Of a stretch of 64,000 nucleotides of DNA, positions 1-8,532 are shown in pieces. The notes below the pieces were generated by a model. It was not told the DNA's origin, did not search any database, and was given only the letters and a program-made list of their open reading frames with translations. Both the position numbers and the translations under genes were made by a program. Positions within the stretch are counted from its first letter, which is position 1. Each line of letters starts with the position of its first letter. Origin of the DNA: an uncultured Chroococcidiopsis sp. (GTDB taxonomy: Bacteria; Cyanobacteriota; Cyanobacteriia; Cyanobacteriales; Chroococcidiopsidaceae); NCBI GenBank assembly GCA_964248365.1, contig CAXTYC010000013.1, positions 1-64,000 of the forward strand, in the 5' to 3' direction.

Positions 1-12
1 TCTCTAGTGTTA

Positions 13-28
13 CTCCTTTCTCATTATA
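13..28 (-). promoter_or_regulatory. possible -10 box (TATAAT) and Shine-Dalgarno (AAAGGAG) of a gene starting just left of the window
   Basis: minus strand reads GAGTATAATGAGAAAGGAGTAAC; no clear -35 box. Confidence 0.35.
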
Positions 29-148
29 CTCAAGCAACCAATCTAGAACACCACCCAAAAGCAAAAGGAAATTCGAAATTCGAAATTGATAATTTTCCCC
101 TCTGCCCCCCTGCCCCCCTGCTCTCTTCTCTCCCTTTGCTCCTCCCCT

Positions 149-190
149 AAAAAACTTGTAGATCCGCAACGAGTGAGCGCGGATCTACAA
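149..190 (-). terminator. intrinsic terminator of the peroxidase gene
   Basis: 12-bp stem TTGTAGATCCGC (156-167) / GCGGATCTACAA (179-190) followed by a U-tract on the minus strand, 25 nt after the stop. Confidence 0.85.
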
Positions 191-215
191 CTTTATATTC
201 TCCTAGCTATGACAA

Positions 216-2519
216 TTAACGGGTGAGAGTTGCGCCTGTCGTGGCTGAGGTAGCTAGGAAGTTTGGCAAGGGATTGCCACCGTTACGACCAACAGCTGGA
301 ATTTCCAGTAGGGCATCTTGAGCTTGCTTAGTGCCGTCTTGGGTTTGCACGTTGTTGTCAACGGCAACGGCGTTTTGGTCGCCAGGATGTCCGTTAGGAA
401 CAAATAGCTGCGGATGGTCAAACGGCGCTCTTTGGAAGCGGACTCGCTCATCGGTTAGTCCCTTCAAAAATGCTACCAGTGACTGTTTCTCCGTATCGCT
501 CAGTTGAAGCGGCGGCAGCAGCCCTAAGTCACCACCCCGATTGTAGAATTCTACTACTTGCTCCAAGGTTGCCTGACCACCGTTGTGGAAGTAGGGAGCG
601 GTAAGTTCCACATTGCGGAGTCCAGGTGCTTTAAAAGCTCCTTCTGCAATTATGGCTTCACTAGAGTTTAGTGGTGGATTGAGGGTAGGGGGATCTTCGC
701 CGAGCAACTGCTTGAATTTACCCTGCTGGGCTAGCCGTGTCTCGGAGAGCGAATTGCCGAACGAGTCATTACCGCCCACACCTGGGTCTTCAGCATCCGG
801 TCGGACACCGATTCTGAAAAAGCCTGTGTCTTCGGGGAAGTTCCCTGCAACTGGTGGTGCGCGTCTGATTCGTCCTGTACTAGTTACGCTGCTAACCGAA
901 GCGCCAGTTAATTCCGCTCCAGCGTGACAGCCAATGCAACCCTTGCTCTGGAAAATATTTAAGCCTTGCTGCTGAGCAGCAGTCAGGGCGTTTGTGTTTC
1001 CAGATAGGAACTGGTCAAAGGGTGTCTGGTCGGAGATCAGTGTAGATTCGTAAGCCTGAATTGCTAGTCCAAAGAACAGCGAGAAATTGTACTCTGGCAG
1101 CGTGTATTCTATCGTGCTTAAGGGGCGGTTTCTCCGTCGGCGGAAGAATCTGCGATCGCCTGTTTGTGGGTCGATCCGAATGGCTATATCCGAATCCCAC
1201 CACTCCGGCTTGAAGGCAGCCTGAATCAGCGCCTCGTAGGTTGTATTCAAACCCTTGTCTGCCGCTCTGTAAGGAGCAAGAACACTATCATCAGGATGAA
1301 CTTGCTGTTTGGCAAGTGGCTTCACGGCAAGTAGCTTTTTACCCAGCTTCCTACCTTTCCTATCAAACTTCCCGCGTGGAGCTTGCGATCCTTGCGTTGA
1401 GTTAGCGCTCGAGCTGGCGTTCTGGTTGTTTGCGGCTGCTGCATCCGTTGACGGTGCTAAATCAGCACTTTGGGTACTAACAACCTTGCCGCTTGTTGCA
1501 TCAGATACCTTAACTGTGTTGTCTGCTTCGGCTACATCAACCGTTAGAGCTGCGAAGGGCGCAACGACAGAGCCTTCGGCAAATGTCTCTAAAGAGTCGA
1601 GTGGTGGTCCCACCGCCTGCGAAGCTAGAGATGAATTGTTGAGACTGACTCGGACATCTTGCAGCCGCCTACGTCTAGTTGCCTTCAATACAAAAGCATT
1701 TGGATCTCTCAACCCAGATGGACTAACCCCATTAAAGATGTTCTGGGCGCGTCCGTCCCAGAAGTTACGGAAGTTGAAGACGGCGTTAATTACGCTCGGT
1801 GTGTGACGACCTGTGACTCGACGCACGTTTGTGCCTTGCACGTTGAAGACTTCATCCTTGAGAGGAGTCACATTGTCTTTGTCGCTACCTGGAACGACAT
1901 CAACAAACTGTGATCTGAAGACTCCCTGAGAGCCTGCAACATCGTTACTGTCGGACACCACAGTTGAGGAGGCGTTATTCGGATCTGCCAGCTTGTGGAA
2001 TGGGTAATCAGCTGCCGTCAGTTGGTAGTTTGGTCTGCCACCAATGTTGAAAATATTCCCTTGCTTTGGATTAAGCTGGTTTTTTGATCTATTATCTGCT
2101 CCAGCATGGAAGTGACAACTCGCGCAGGACTGGATGCCATCGCTGCCGAGTTGCATATCCCAGAACAAGGATTTTCCTAAAGCGATCGCCGCTTTTTCAT
2201 CCTTAACAAAGTCCGCTAGATTAGCTGGTTTGGGAACTGCTACTTTACCCAGTGGATCTAGGGCTACCTGCGCCGACGCGCTATGTCCGGCTAGGATTGC
2301 AGCCGTAACAAGCGCCGCAACCGCCGCACTCTTTTTCATGTTCCTAGACCATCGAGATACTAGCTTTGTCAGTCCACCTAGCATCCCTGTCGCCCAAATG
2401 GCGATGATTTGTATTCTCTTTAAGAACCTTGATAGCAGTCGCCTTGGTTGGGGAGCATTAGTGTCCTTTTCCTCTGACCCTGACAAGCTGCTATGGTATC
2501 TATTCCTACCATTGCTCAT
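216..2519 (-). CDS. di-heme cytochrome c peroxidase / MauG-family protein, exported
   Basis: two CxxCH motifs (CASCH, CIGCH), LGKSLFWD, FWDGRA, FKAPGLRNVELTAPYFHNG; signal-like MKKSAAVAAL...ASA suggests a start at 2339. Confidence 0.85.
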   Translation of the reverse strand: MSNGRNRYHSSLSGSEEKDTNAPQPRRLLSRFLKRIQIIAIWATGMLGGLTKLVSRWSRNMKKSAAVAALVTAAILAGHSASAQVALDPLGKVAVPKPANLADFVKDEKAAIALGKSLFWDMQLGSDGIQSCASCHFHAGADNRSKNQLNPKQGNIFNIGGRPNYQLTAADYPFHKLADPNNASSTVVSDSNDVAGSQGVFRSQFVDVVPGSDKDNVTPLKDEVFNVQGTNVRRVTGRHTPSVINAVFNFRNFWDGRAQNIFNGVSPSGLRDPNAFVLKATRRRRLQDVRVSLNNSSLASQAVGPPLDSLETFAEGSVVAPFAALTVDVAEADNTVKVSDATSGKVVSTQSADLAPSTDAAAANNQNASSSANSTQGSQAPRGKFDRKGRKLGKKLLAVKPLAKQQVHPDDSVLAPYRAADKGLNTTYEALIQAAFKPEWWDSDIAIRIDPQTGDRRFFRRRRNRPLSTIEYTLPEYNFSLFFGLAIQAYESTLISDQTPFDQFLSGNTNALTAAQQQGLNIFQSKGCIGCHAGAELTGASVSSVTSTGRIRRAPPVAGNFPEDTGFFRIGVRPDAEDPGVGGNDSFGNSLSETRLAQQGKFKQLLGEDPPTLNPPLNSSEAIIAEGAFKAPGLRNVELTAPYFHNGGQATLEQVVEFYNRGGDLGLLPPLQLSDTEKQSLVAFLKGLTDERVRFQRAPFDHPQLFVPNGHPGDQNAVAVDNNVQTQDGTKQAQDALLEIPAVGRNGGNPLPNFLATSATTGATLTR

Positions 2520-3098
2520 TTTCTTATGGCTCTGTTGCCAAAATTTCTACTGTATAGATACAAGCTCTACTGCCAAATTCCGTAAAGCTTTCACTCTTCT
2601 TTGCAGCTTATAAGATGACCAGATACGACTACAATAAACAATTTTTCGCTAAAACTATTAATTCTTTCGCTCTTATTTAAGTACTGTTAACTTAAGGATA
2701 ATTTGTCCGCTTATACAACAATATTTAGCAAATAATTGCTAATTATTTTTAATAAATATAAAAATTGAAGTACAGCGGTTTGCAAATGTATGAACTATAG
2801 ATATACAGTAGGATCTTGGCACTGCCAAGCCCTTGTAAGCGGAAATAAAAGTTTCTGTTCCTAAAATCTTTCGCTTCCAATCGCAGTTTTACCTATCACC
2901 CTGCCTGTGCGCAATTGGTTTGAAGGTTGTAACAGTTAAAGGTTTGAAATTAGACTTCTTGCCACATTGGATGAATTGGTTAAAGGGACTCGGGAAAAGG
3001 TAAATTTCTACCCAAGTCCCGAGTCCCCTTTCCCTTTCCCCTACCTCAAGACTCGTTCCAATTGCTACCTTGGTCTATTGCTACCTTTATTCGATATC

Positions 3099-4292
3099 TT
3101 AGGACTCTGGTAATTTATACTGCCCGACAATCCGCTTGGCAAACTCTGGAACATGAGCTTCTAACTTCTGGGGATGATGCCGCTTCACATATAAATAATT
3201 GCGGGTAAAGTGAGAATCAATCGAAAACCGCGCATACTCTAAACCCTTGGGACCAATTTTTTCAATCACCACACCCATCAATTTTGCTGCCCACATGGGA
3301 AGAGTAACGCCTTTATCATATGCAGGGATGCTTTGTTGTACAGCTTGAGTGCGATCGCCTTTTGACATTACTGGCTGTGTTTCCAGCTGATCCTGCACTA
3401 AGTCCAGCATCTGTTTTCCTGTATCATTCCTTACTACAATCCACTGCCAACCAAAGGGTGCGCCCATGTAACCCACTACTAAATCTGCTAAGGAGTTCAC
3501 ATAGTCAAAGCAACTCATACATGATGGCGCAAATACATCCTTAAGTTGATTTGTCTTCAGTCCAAAGAAAGGCACAGTTTCCTCTGAACCATCTTCGTGT
3601 TTGAAGTGAACGCGGAAGTCTTGCATGAATTCATAATGCACTACAGTCTGAGGCGATCGGCTTGTGGTTTCCAGAAATTTTTGCAACCCAGCACGGTTTA
3701 CGTTGTCTACACAAGGAGTTCCCAGTACATAGAGCTTTTCCAAACCTAGCTGTTTTTCTACTGCTCGTAATGCCTGAATTTGGCAACCTACACCAATTAC
3801 TAATAGCCGCTTCATCCCAGATTGCTCAATTTGCTCCAGAATAGAAAGATTAGGCGACAATGTGGGCTTATTCACCCGTGCTGCTAAAATCTCCTCTCTA
3901 GTACGGGCGATAATTGGCATCGGTTGAAAGCGATCTTCTTTAGTGTTTTGGACACAAACCACACCTTCAACAATACCGCGAGCGAGCATTTCAATTGCAA
4001 TAGTACTGACAATTCCCGTCCACTGCGCCCCAGGAATGGGCTGTGTCTTTCGTGCTGCCATCATATCCTGATGAACGCCAAAGTATAACTCATCGGCATT
4101 TTCTAAATTACGGCTGCGATCGTGTGTCTGTGCTTCCAGTTGGGATATCTGCTGATTTAGGAAAGCACAAGCTTCTTTAACGTAGTGGATATAGTATGTA
4201 TCGCACAGCCCACATTCGCTACAAAGTTCCTTTGCTGGGCGGCGGCTAGATGGTTTGAGGGCTTTAGCTTTTTTGTGACGCACCAAAGTCAT
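3099..4292 (-). CDS. bciB: ferredoxin-dependent 8-vinyl (divinyl chlorophyllide) reductase, F420 hydrogenase beta-like family
   Basis: CSECGLC...C Fe-S motif, GAQWTGIV, GVGCQ, LGTPCVDN, CMSCFDY as in cyanobacterial BciB/CvrA. Confidence 0.88.
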   Translation of the reverse strand: MTLVRHKKAKALKPSSRRPAKELCSECGLCDTYYIHYVKEACAFLNQQISQLEAQTHDRSRNLENADELYFGVHQDMMAARKTQPIPGAQWTGIVSTIAIEMLARGIVEGVVCVQNTKEDRFQPMPIIARTREEILAARVNKPTLSPNLSILEQIEQSGMKRLLVIGVGCQIQALRAVEKQLGLEKLYVLGTPCVDNVNRAGLQKFLETTSRSPQTVVHYEFMQDFRVHFKHEDGSEETVPFFGLKTNQLKDVFAPSCMSCFDYVNSLADLVVGYMGAPFGWQWIVVRNDTGKQMLDLVQDQLETQPVMSKGDRTQAVQQSIPAYDKGVTLPMWAAKLMGVVIEKIGPKGLEYARFSIDSHFTRNYLYVKRHHPQKLEAHVPEFAKRIVGQYKLPES

Positions 4293-4452
4293 ATTAAGCG
4301 CAGTTTATTAACTAAAAACAAAAGATCGTCTAAAGCTTTACTTTACACAAACTTCAATCGCAGTAAGGCAAACTTCATTGATATTCACGAGGCAACAACA
4401 GTTTACCTAGTTTCTGGTTTAAGTAGTATTAGCTATCTCACCAGTAACAATT

Positions 4453-4851
4453 ATGTCACAAAATAACAAAGTTCAAGATAAAGCAGAAGGTGCAGTATTT
4501 GTTGCTGGAGGAACCGCAGCAGGTGCAGGTTTAGCTGCAACAGTTGGTGGTATGGGATTAGTTGGCGGATTTGGCGGTGTAGCAATTGGTGCTGCTCCCG
4601 TAGTTGCGGCGGGAGCTGTTGTAGGTTCAGCCGCCTATGGAGCTAAGAAGGCAATAGAAGAAGGAGATGCTACAGCTTTGGGAGCAGTTGCAGCGGGAAC
4701 AGCCGCAGGAACATTAGTTGCTGGAGCAGTTGGAAATATGGGTTTAGCAGTAGTAGGAACTGCTGTTGCTGTTGGAGCAGCTCCAGTTGTAGCAGCAGGT
4801 GCAGTGGTTGGGCTTGCTGCTTACGGCTTGAACAAACTCTTTAATCAGTAA
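4453..4851 (+). CDS. glycine-zipper membrane protein with a 62-aa internal duplication
   Basis: Gly/Ala/Val-rich; GTAAG..MGL..GAAPVVAAGAVVG.AAYG occurs twice; stop overlaps the next ATG (TAATG). Confidence 0.75.
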   Translation: MSQNNKVQDKAEGAVFVAGGTAAGAGLAATVGGMGLVGGFGGVAIGAAPVVAAGAVVGSAAYGAKKAIEEGDATALGAVAAGTAAGTLVAGAVGNMGLAVVGTAVAVGAAPVVAAGAVVGLAAYGLNKLFNQ

Positions 4852-5222
4852 TGACAAGAAAGCCTCCTAACCCACTGCAAAAGCTTGTGCGAGGTGTGAT
4901 TCGGGATTTGATTAATCAGGCTAACAGTCAAAAAGCTGATAAACCGAAACCAAAGACTAAAAAACCTGCTGTTAATAGATCCCAATCTAAACCAAAGCAT
5001 GATTTGAGTAAGCGATCGCGTCACATACCTTTATCTATACGTGTATCAGTTTTACATAGAGACGGCTACAAATGCGTTTTTTGTGGACGCAATGCGAAGC
5101 AAGTTGAGTTAGAAGTTGACCACATTGTACCTTTTTCCCAAGGAGGAAGTAACAACTTCAGTAATTTGCAAACCTTGTGTTTTGATTGCAATCGTGGTAA
5201 AGGTTCGCGTCACTTAATATAG
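4851..5222 (+). CDS. HNH endonuclease (McrA-like) with a basic N-terminal tail
   Basis: RDGYKCVFCG...LEVDHIVPFSQGGSNNFSNLQTLCFDCNRGK. Confidence 0.9.
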   Translation: MTRKPPNPLQKLVRGVIRDLINQANSQKADKPKPKTKKPAVNRSQSKPKHDLSKRSRHIPLSIRVSVLHRDGYKCVFCGRNAKQVELEVDHIVPFSQGGSNNFSNLQTLCFDCNRGKGSRHLI

Positions 5223-5253
5223 AGTTAAAAATAATATTATTCAAATACTATAT

Positions 5254-5284
5254 AGCCCTCTGGTGAGTTTACCGGAGGGCTTTT
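5254..5284 (+). terminator. intrinsic terminator after the HNH gene
   Basis: AGCCCTCTGGTGA-GT-TTACCGGAGGGCT stem followed by TTTT. Confidence 0.8.
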
Positions 5285-5419
5285 GCTATTCCAAAAACCG
5301 CGCCCAATCTTCACATATAATTGTAAAAAAAATACATAAATAAGGTTTACCTTTCTTTTAAAAGTGGTGTTAAGTTACTTCTATGATCTAGTGGCTTAGC
5401 TTCTTCGTCAAATAAAGCT

Positions 5420-6040
5420 ATGGTGCAAACAATTCAAGCTAAAGACCTGACGCTGCACGATGTAAAAGTAAAATTTGGTCTGAAGCAAGCCCTAGATGAG
5501 CAATTCTTTCGGGAGTGGTTAGACGAATTACCAGAAATCAGCAATTATGAAAAGCGATCGCTTAACCAGATAAAAGCTGATTTTCTCTATCTGTCTGAGT
5601 ATCCTATAGCTGAAAGTCTTGTTGGTCTTGTGGTACTGTCTCCAATCCTATCTAATGCTGGTTTTTACCGTCCTCCTTTTCACATTACAGCAGAAGCACC
5701 TGTACAAATTACTGCCTCAGATGAGGGAAAAGTTATTCAAGGACGCATTGATGTCCTGGTTATACAAAAGCAACTGTGGGTACTGGTTATCGATAATTTC
5801 TTTTCCTTGAAGCCAGCAATACCGCAAGCATTAGCCTATATGATGGCTCATCCCAATTCTGAAAAACCTGTCTTTGGACTAGTGACAAATAGCAGCAACT
5901 TTATATTTATTAAATTAACTGGGCAAGATACACCAAAATATGCTTTGTCAGATGAATTTGTACTGGGACGCGGCGATGATCTGTATTACGTCCTGCGTGT
6001 GTTGAAGCGAGTTGGTGCATTATTGATTCAATGGAACTGA
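5420..6040 (+). CDS. HsdR_N-like / PD-(D/E)xK restriction-endonuclease-like protein, catalytic motif apparently degenerate
   Basis: VVLSPIL..AGFY.PPF...E, GRIDVLV, AIPQALAYM, FGLVTN typical of this cyanobacterial family; expected ExK is absent. Confidence 0.7.
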   Translation: MVQTIQAKDLTLHDVKVKFGLKQALDEQFFREWLDELPEISNYEKRSLNQIKADFLYLSEYPIAESLVGLVVLSPILSNAGFYRPPFHITAEAPVQITASDEGKVIQGRIDVLVIQKQLWVLVIDNFFSLKPAIPQALAYMMAHPNSEKPVFGLVTNSSNFIFIKLTGQDTPKYALSDEFVLGRGDDLYYVLRVLKRVGALLIQWN

Positions 6041-7525
6041 ATGGAAAATTCTCGCCAACTGGCTTTTATCGCCCTGCGATCAGTACATCGAGGAGCTTAT
6101 GCTGATGCTGCGTTAGATTCCGTCCTACGCCAAAGTAACCCCAGCGCTGCCGATCGCCGCTTAGTGACCGAATTAGTTTATGGTAGCGTCAGGAGAATGC
6201 GATCGCTCGATGCTTTAATTGACCAGTTAGCAACAAAGAAAGCCCATCAACAACCTCCAGATTTACGTACAATTCTCCATCTAGGTTTATACCAACTGCG
6301 TTATCTCGATCAAATTCCAGTCTCAGCTGCTGTTAATTCCACCGTCGATTTAGCTAAGAAAAACGGCTTTTCAGGGCTGAGCGGGTTTGTCAATGGTCTA
6401 TTACGACAGTATATTCGGTTGGCGGAAGCGGGGAGGCAAGAGGCGAGAGGCGAGAGGCGAGGAAGAGAGCAGGGGGAGCTGGGGGAGAAAAACCAACTAC
6501 CAACTACCAGTTACCAGTTACCAGTTAGCAGTTATCAAGATCCGCTAAAGTTGCCTGAAAATCCAGTTGAACGTTTAGGTATTCTATATAGCTATCCTGA
6601 TTGGATTGTGGCGGTATGGTTAAAAGAGTTTGGATTTGCACAAACAGAAAAACTATGTGAATGGCTAAATCGACCACCAACGATTGACTTACGGGTGAAT
6701 CCGTTACGCAGTTCAATTGAGACAGTAGAAGCGGCGATGCAATCAGCTGGTGTATCTGTAAGCCGCGTAACGCATCTGCCCCAAGCTTTAAGATTGACTG
6801 GAAGTGTAGGAGCGATTCAAAATCTTCCAGGGTTTAGTGAAGGTTGGTGGAGTGTGCAAGACAGTAGCGCCCAGTTAGTGAGTCATTTACTCGAACCGCA
6901 ACCCCACGAAGTAGTAATTGATGCTTGTGCTGCACCAGGAGGTAAGACAACCCACATGGCGGAATTGATGAAAGATCAAGGGACAGTATATGCTTGCGAT
7001 CGCGCTTCTTCCCGATTACGAAAACTCAAGGAAAACGCTTCTCGTCTACAATTACAATCAATAAAAATTTGTGTTGGAGATAGTCGCTCTGGTTCTCAAT
7101 TTAAAAATATAGGCGATCGCGTTTTGCTAGATGCTCCCTGTTCTGGTTTAGGAACCTTGCACCGCCATGCTGATGCCCGTTGGCGACAAACACCCCAGTC
7201 AGTTGGGGAACTTTCTATTCTCCAACGAGAACTCTTAGAACAAACATCTACATGGGTTAAACCGAATGGAGTACTTGTTTATGCTACCTGTACACTCCAT
7301 TGCCAGGAAAATGAACAAGTGGTACAAGGGTTTTTAGCCGATCATCCCCAATGGCAAATTGCACCTCCTACACCTCTTTCGCCTGCTGCTGCATTTACTA
7401 CGTCAGCCGGATGGATCAAAGTATTACCATATCAACACCAAATGGATGGCTTCTTTATGGTGCGGTTGAACAGAGCTGGGGGAGCTGCGGAAGCTGGGGG
7501 AGCTGAGGGAGAAATTACCGCTTAA
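6041..7525 (+). CDS. rsmB: 16S rRNA m5C967 methyltransferase
   Basis: NusB-like N-terminus, DACAAPGGKT, LLDAPCSG, YATCT; contains a repeat-derived insert. Confidence 0.95.
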   Translation: MENSRQLAFIALRSVHRGAYADAALDSVLRQSNPSAADRRLVTELVYGSVRRMRSLDALIDQLATKKAHQQPPDLRTILHLGLYQLRYLDQIPVSAAVNSTVDLAKKNGFSGLSGFVNGLLRQYIRLAEAGRQEARGERRGREQGELGEKNQLPTTSYQLPVSSYQDPLKLPENPVERLGILYSYPDWIVAVWLKEFGFAQTEKLCEWLNRPPTIDLRVNPLRSSIETVEAAMQSAGVSVSRVTHLPQALRLTGSVGAIQNLPGFSEGWWSVQDSSAQLVSHLLEPQPHEVVIDACAAPGGKTTHMAELMKDQGTVYACDRASSRLRKLKENASRLQLQSIKICVGDSRSGSQFKNIGDRVLLDAPCSGLGTLHRHADARWRQTPQSVGELSILQRELLEQTSTWVKPNGVLVYATCTLHCQENEQVVQGFLADHPQWQIAPPTPLSPAAAFTTSAGWIKVLPYQHQMDGFFMVRLNRAGGAAEAGGAEGEITA

Positions 7526-7624
7526 CCTCTTTCCCCTTTACCCTTTACCGCTTAACCTCTTTACCCTTTATCCTTTATCCTTCATCCTTTTATCAATTAC
7601 TTTATTTTTGTTGAGGAGGCAGAA

Positions 7625-8047
7625 ATGGCAAATAATGCTAGTGTCAAGAACTTAATGAAAATTTTGATTGGATCTGCTTGGCTCGATGGTAGAATTCAAC
7701 CCGAAGAAAGGCAGTATCTGTACAAAGTAGCGCAAGAGAAAAATGTAGCTGACGATCCAGATATCAAACCTCTTCTGTATGAGCTGAAGACAGTTCAGCC
7801 AAGCGAGTGTTATGAGTGGGTGAAAGAATATCTGGGCGATCGCCCTAGTGCCGAAGATTGCCAAAACTTACTTGAAGCTATCAGCGGCTTAATTTACAGT
7901 GACGGCGAAGTAGCGATCGAAGAAGCAAAACTTTTGACGAAATTGCAGTCTTTAAACCCAGAAAACGGCTCTTTTCAATCGGGAGATACTAAAGTACTTA
8001 AACAAATCCAAAAGCTCTACCGTCGTTGGGTAGAGTCTCAGAGATAG
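7625..8047 (+). CDS. TerB-family protein
   Basis: AWLDGRIQPEE and IYSDGEVAIEE duplicated DG..E motifs; SD GAGGAGG. Confidence 0.8.
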   Translation: MANNASVKNLMKILIGSAWLDGRIQPEERQYLYKVAQEKNVADDPDIKPLLYELKTVQPSECYEWVKEYLGDRPSAEDCQNLLEAISGLIYSDGEVAIEEAKLLTKLQSLNPENGSFQSGDTKVLKQIQKLYRRWVESQR

Positions 8048-8078
8048 TCAAAAGCGACTTCGGGTGTAAAAATAAAAA

Positions 8079-8306
8079 TTATGACTTCGGTTCACCCAGA
8101 CCCGGAGTTTCTTCTTTTTTGACTTCAGGTACAATATCAGGACGCTTTTTATCTTCCCAGCCTACGGGACGCTTCGAGTTGTACCAGGCGATCGAACCAA
8201 TACTTACTGCTGCAATAAAACCAACTACATATACTATCGTTGCAGATATAGGGAAATGGGGTGTGTTTACCACTGTGTCTGCTGCTGTTTGCATCAATAA
8301 ATGCAT
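8079..8306 (-). CDS. psb35: photosystem II assembly protein Psb35
   Basis: single TM ending GFIAAVSIGSIAWYNSKRPVGWE. Confidence 0.8.
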   Translation of the reverse strand: MHLLMQTAADTVVNTPHFPISATIVYVVGFIAAVSIGSIAWYNSKRPVGWEDKKRPDIVPEVKKEETPGLGEPKS

Positions 8307-8532
8307 TGATATACCCCCTTAAATAGGTATTACTACTTTTAAAACCATATAAAAAGAAAGTAGCATTTTCATCCCCCACAAGTGTGATAGTGGCGAGAAA
8401 AGGGCAGGGGAGCTTCAGGGGCTTCAGGGGAAAATCATCAATGCGTGAATGCGCGAAGGCGGGAATTTCCTTTTCCCTTTTCCCTTTTCCCTTTCCCCTC
8501 AAAATTACCAATTACCAACTACCAATTATAAA

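Noticed and set aside
254..2613. alternative-frame and antisense ORFs over the peroxidase, and similar ones over PBP1A, the GT-C-like gene (18608-19279), ABC1 and RND
   Set aside because: Shadows of well-supported genes with no recognisable motifs
5323..5335. NtcA-like site upstream of the nuclease-like gene
   Set aside because: Spacing is N7, not N8
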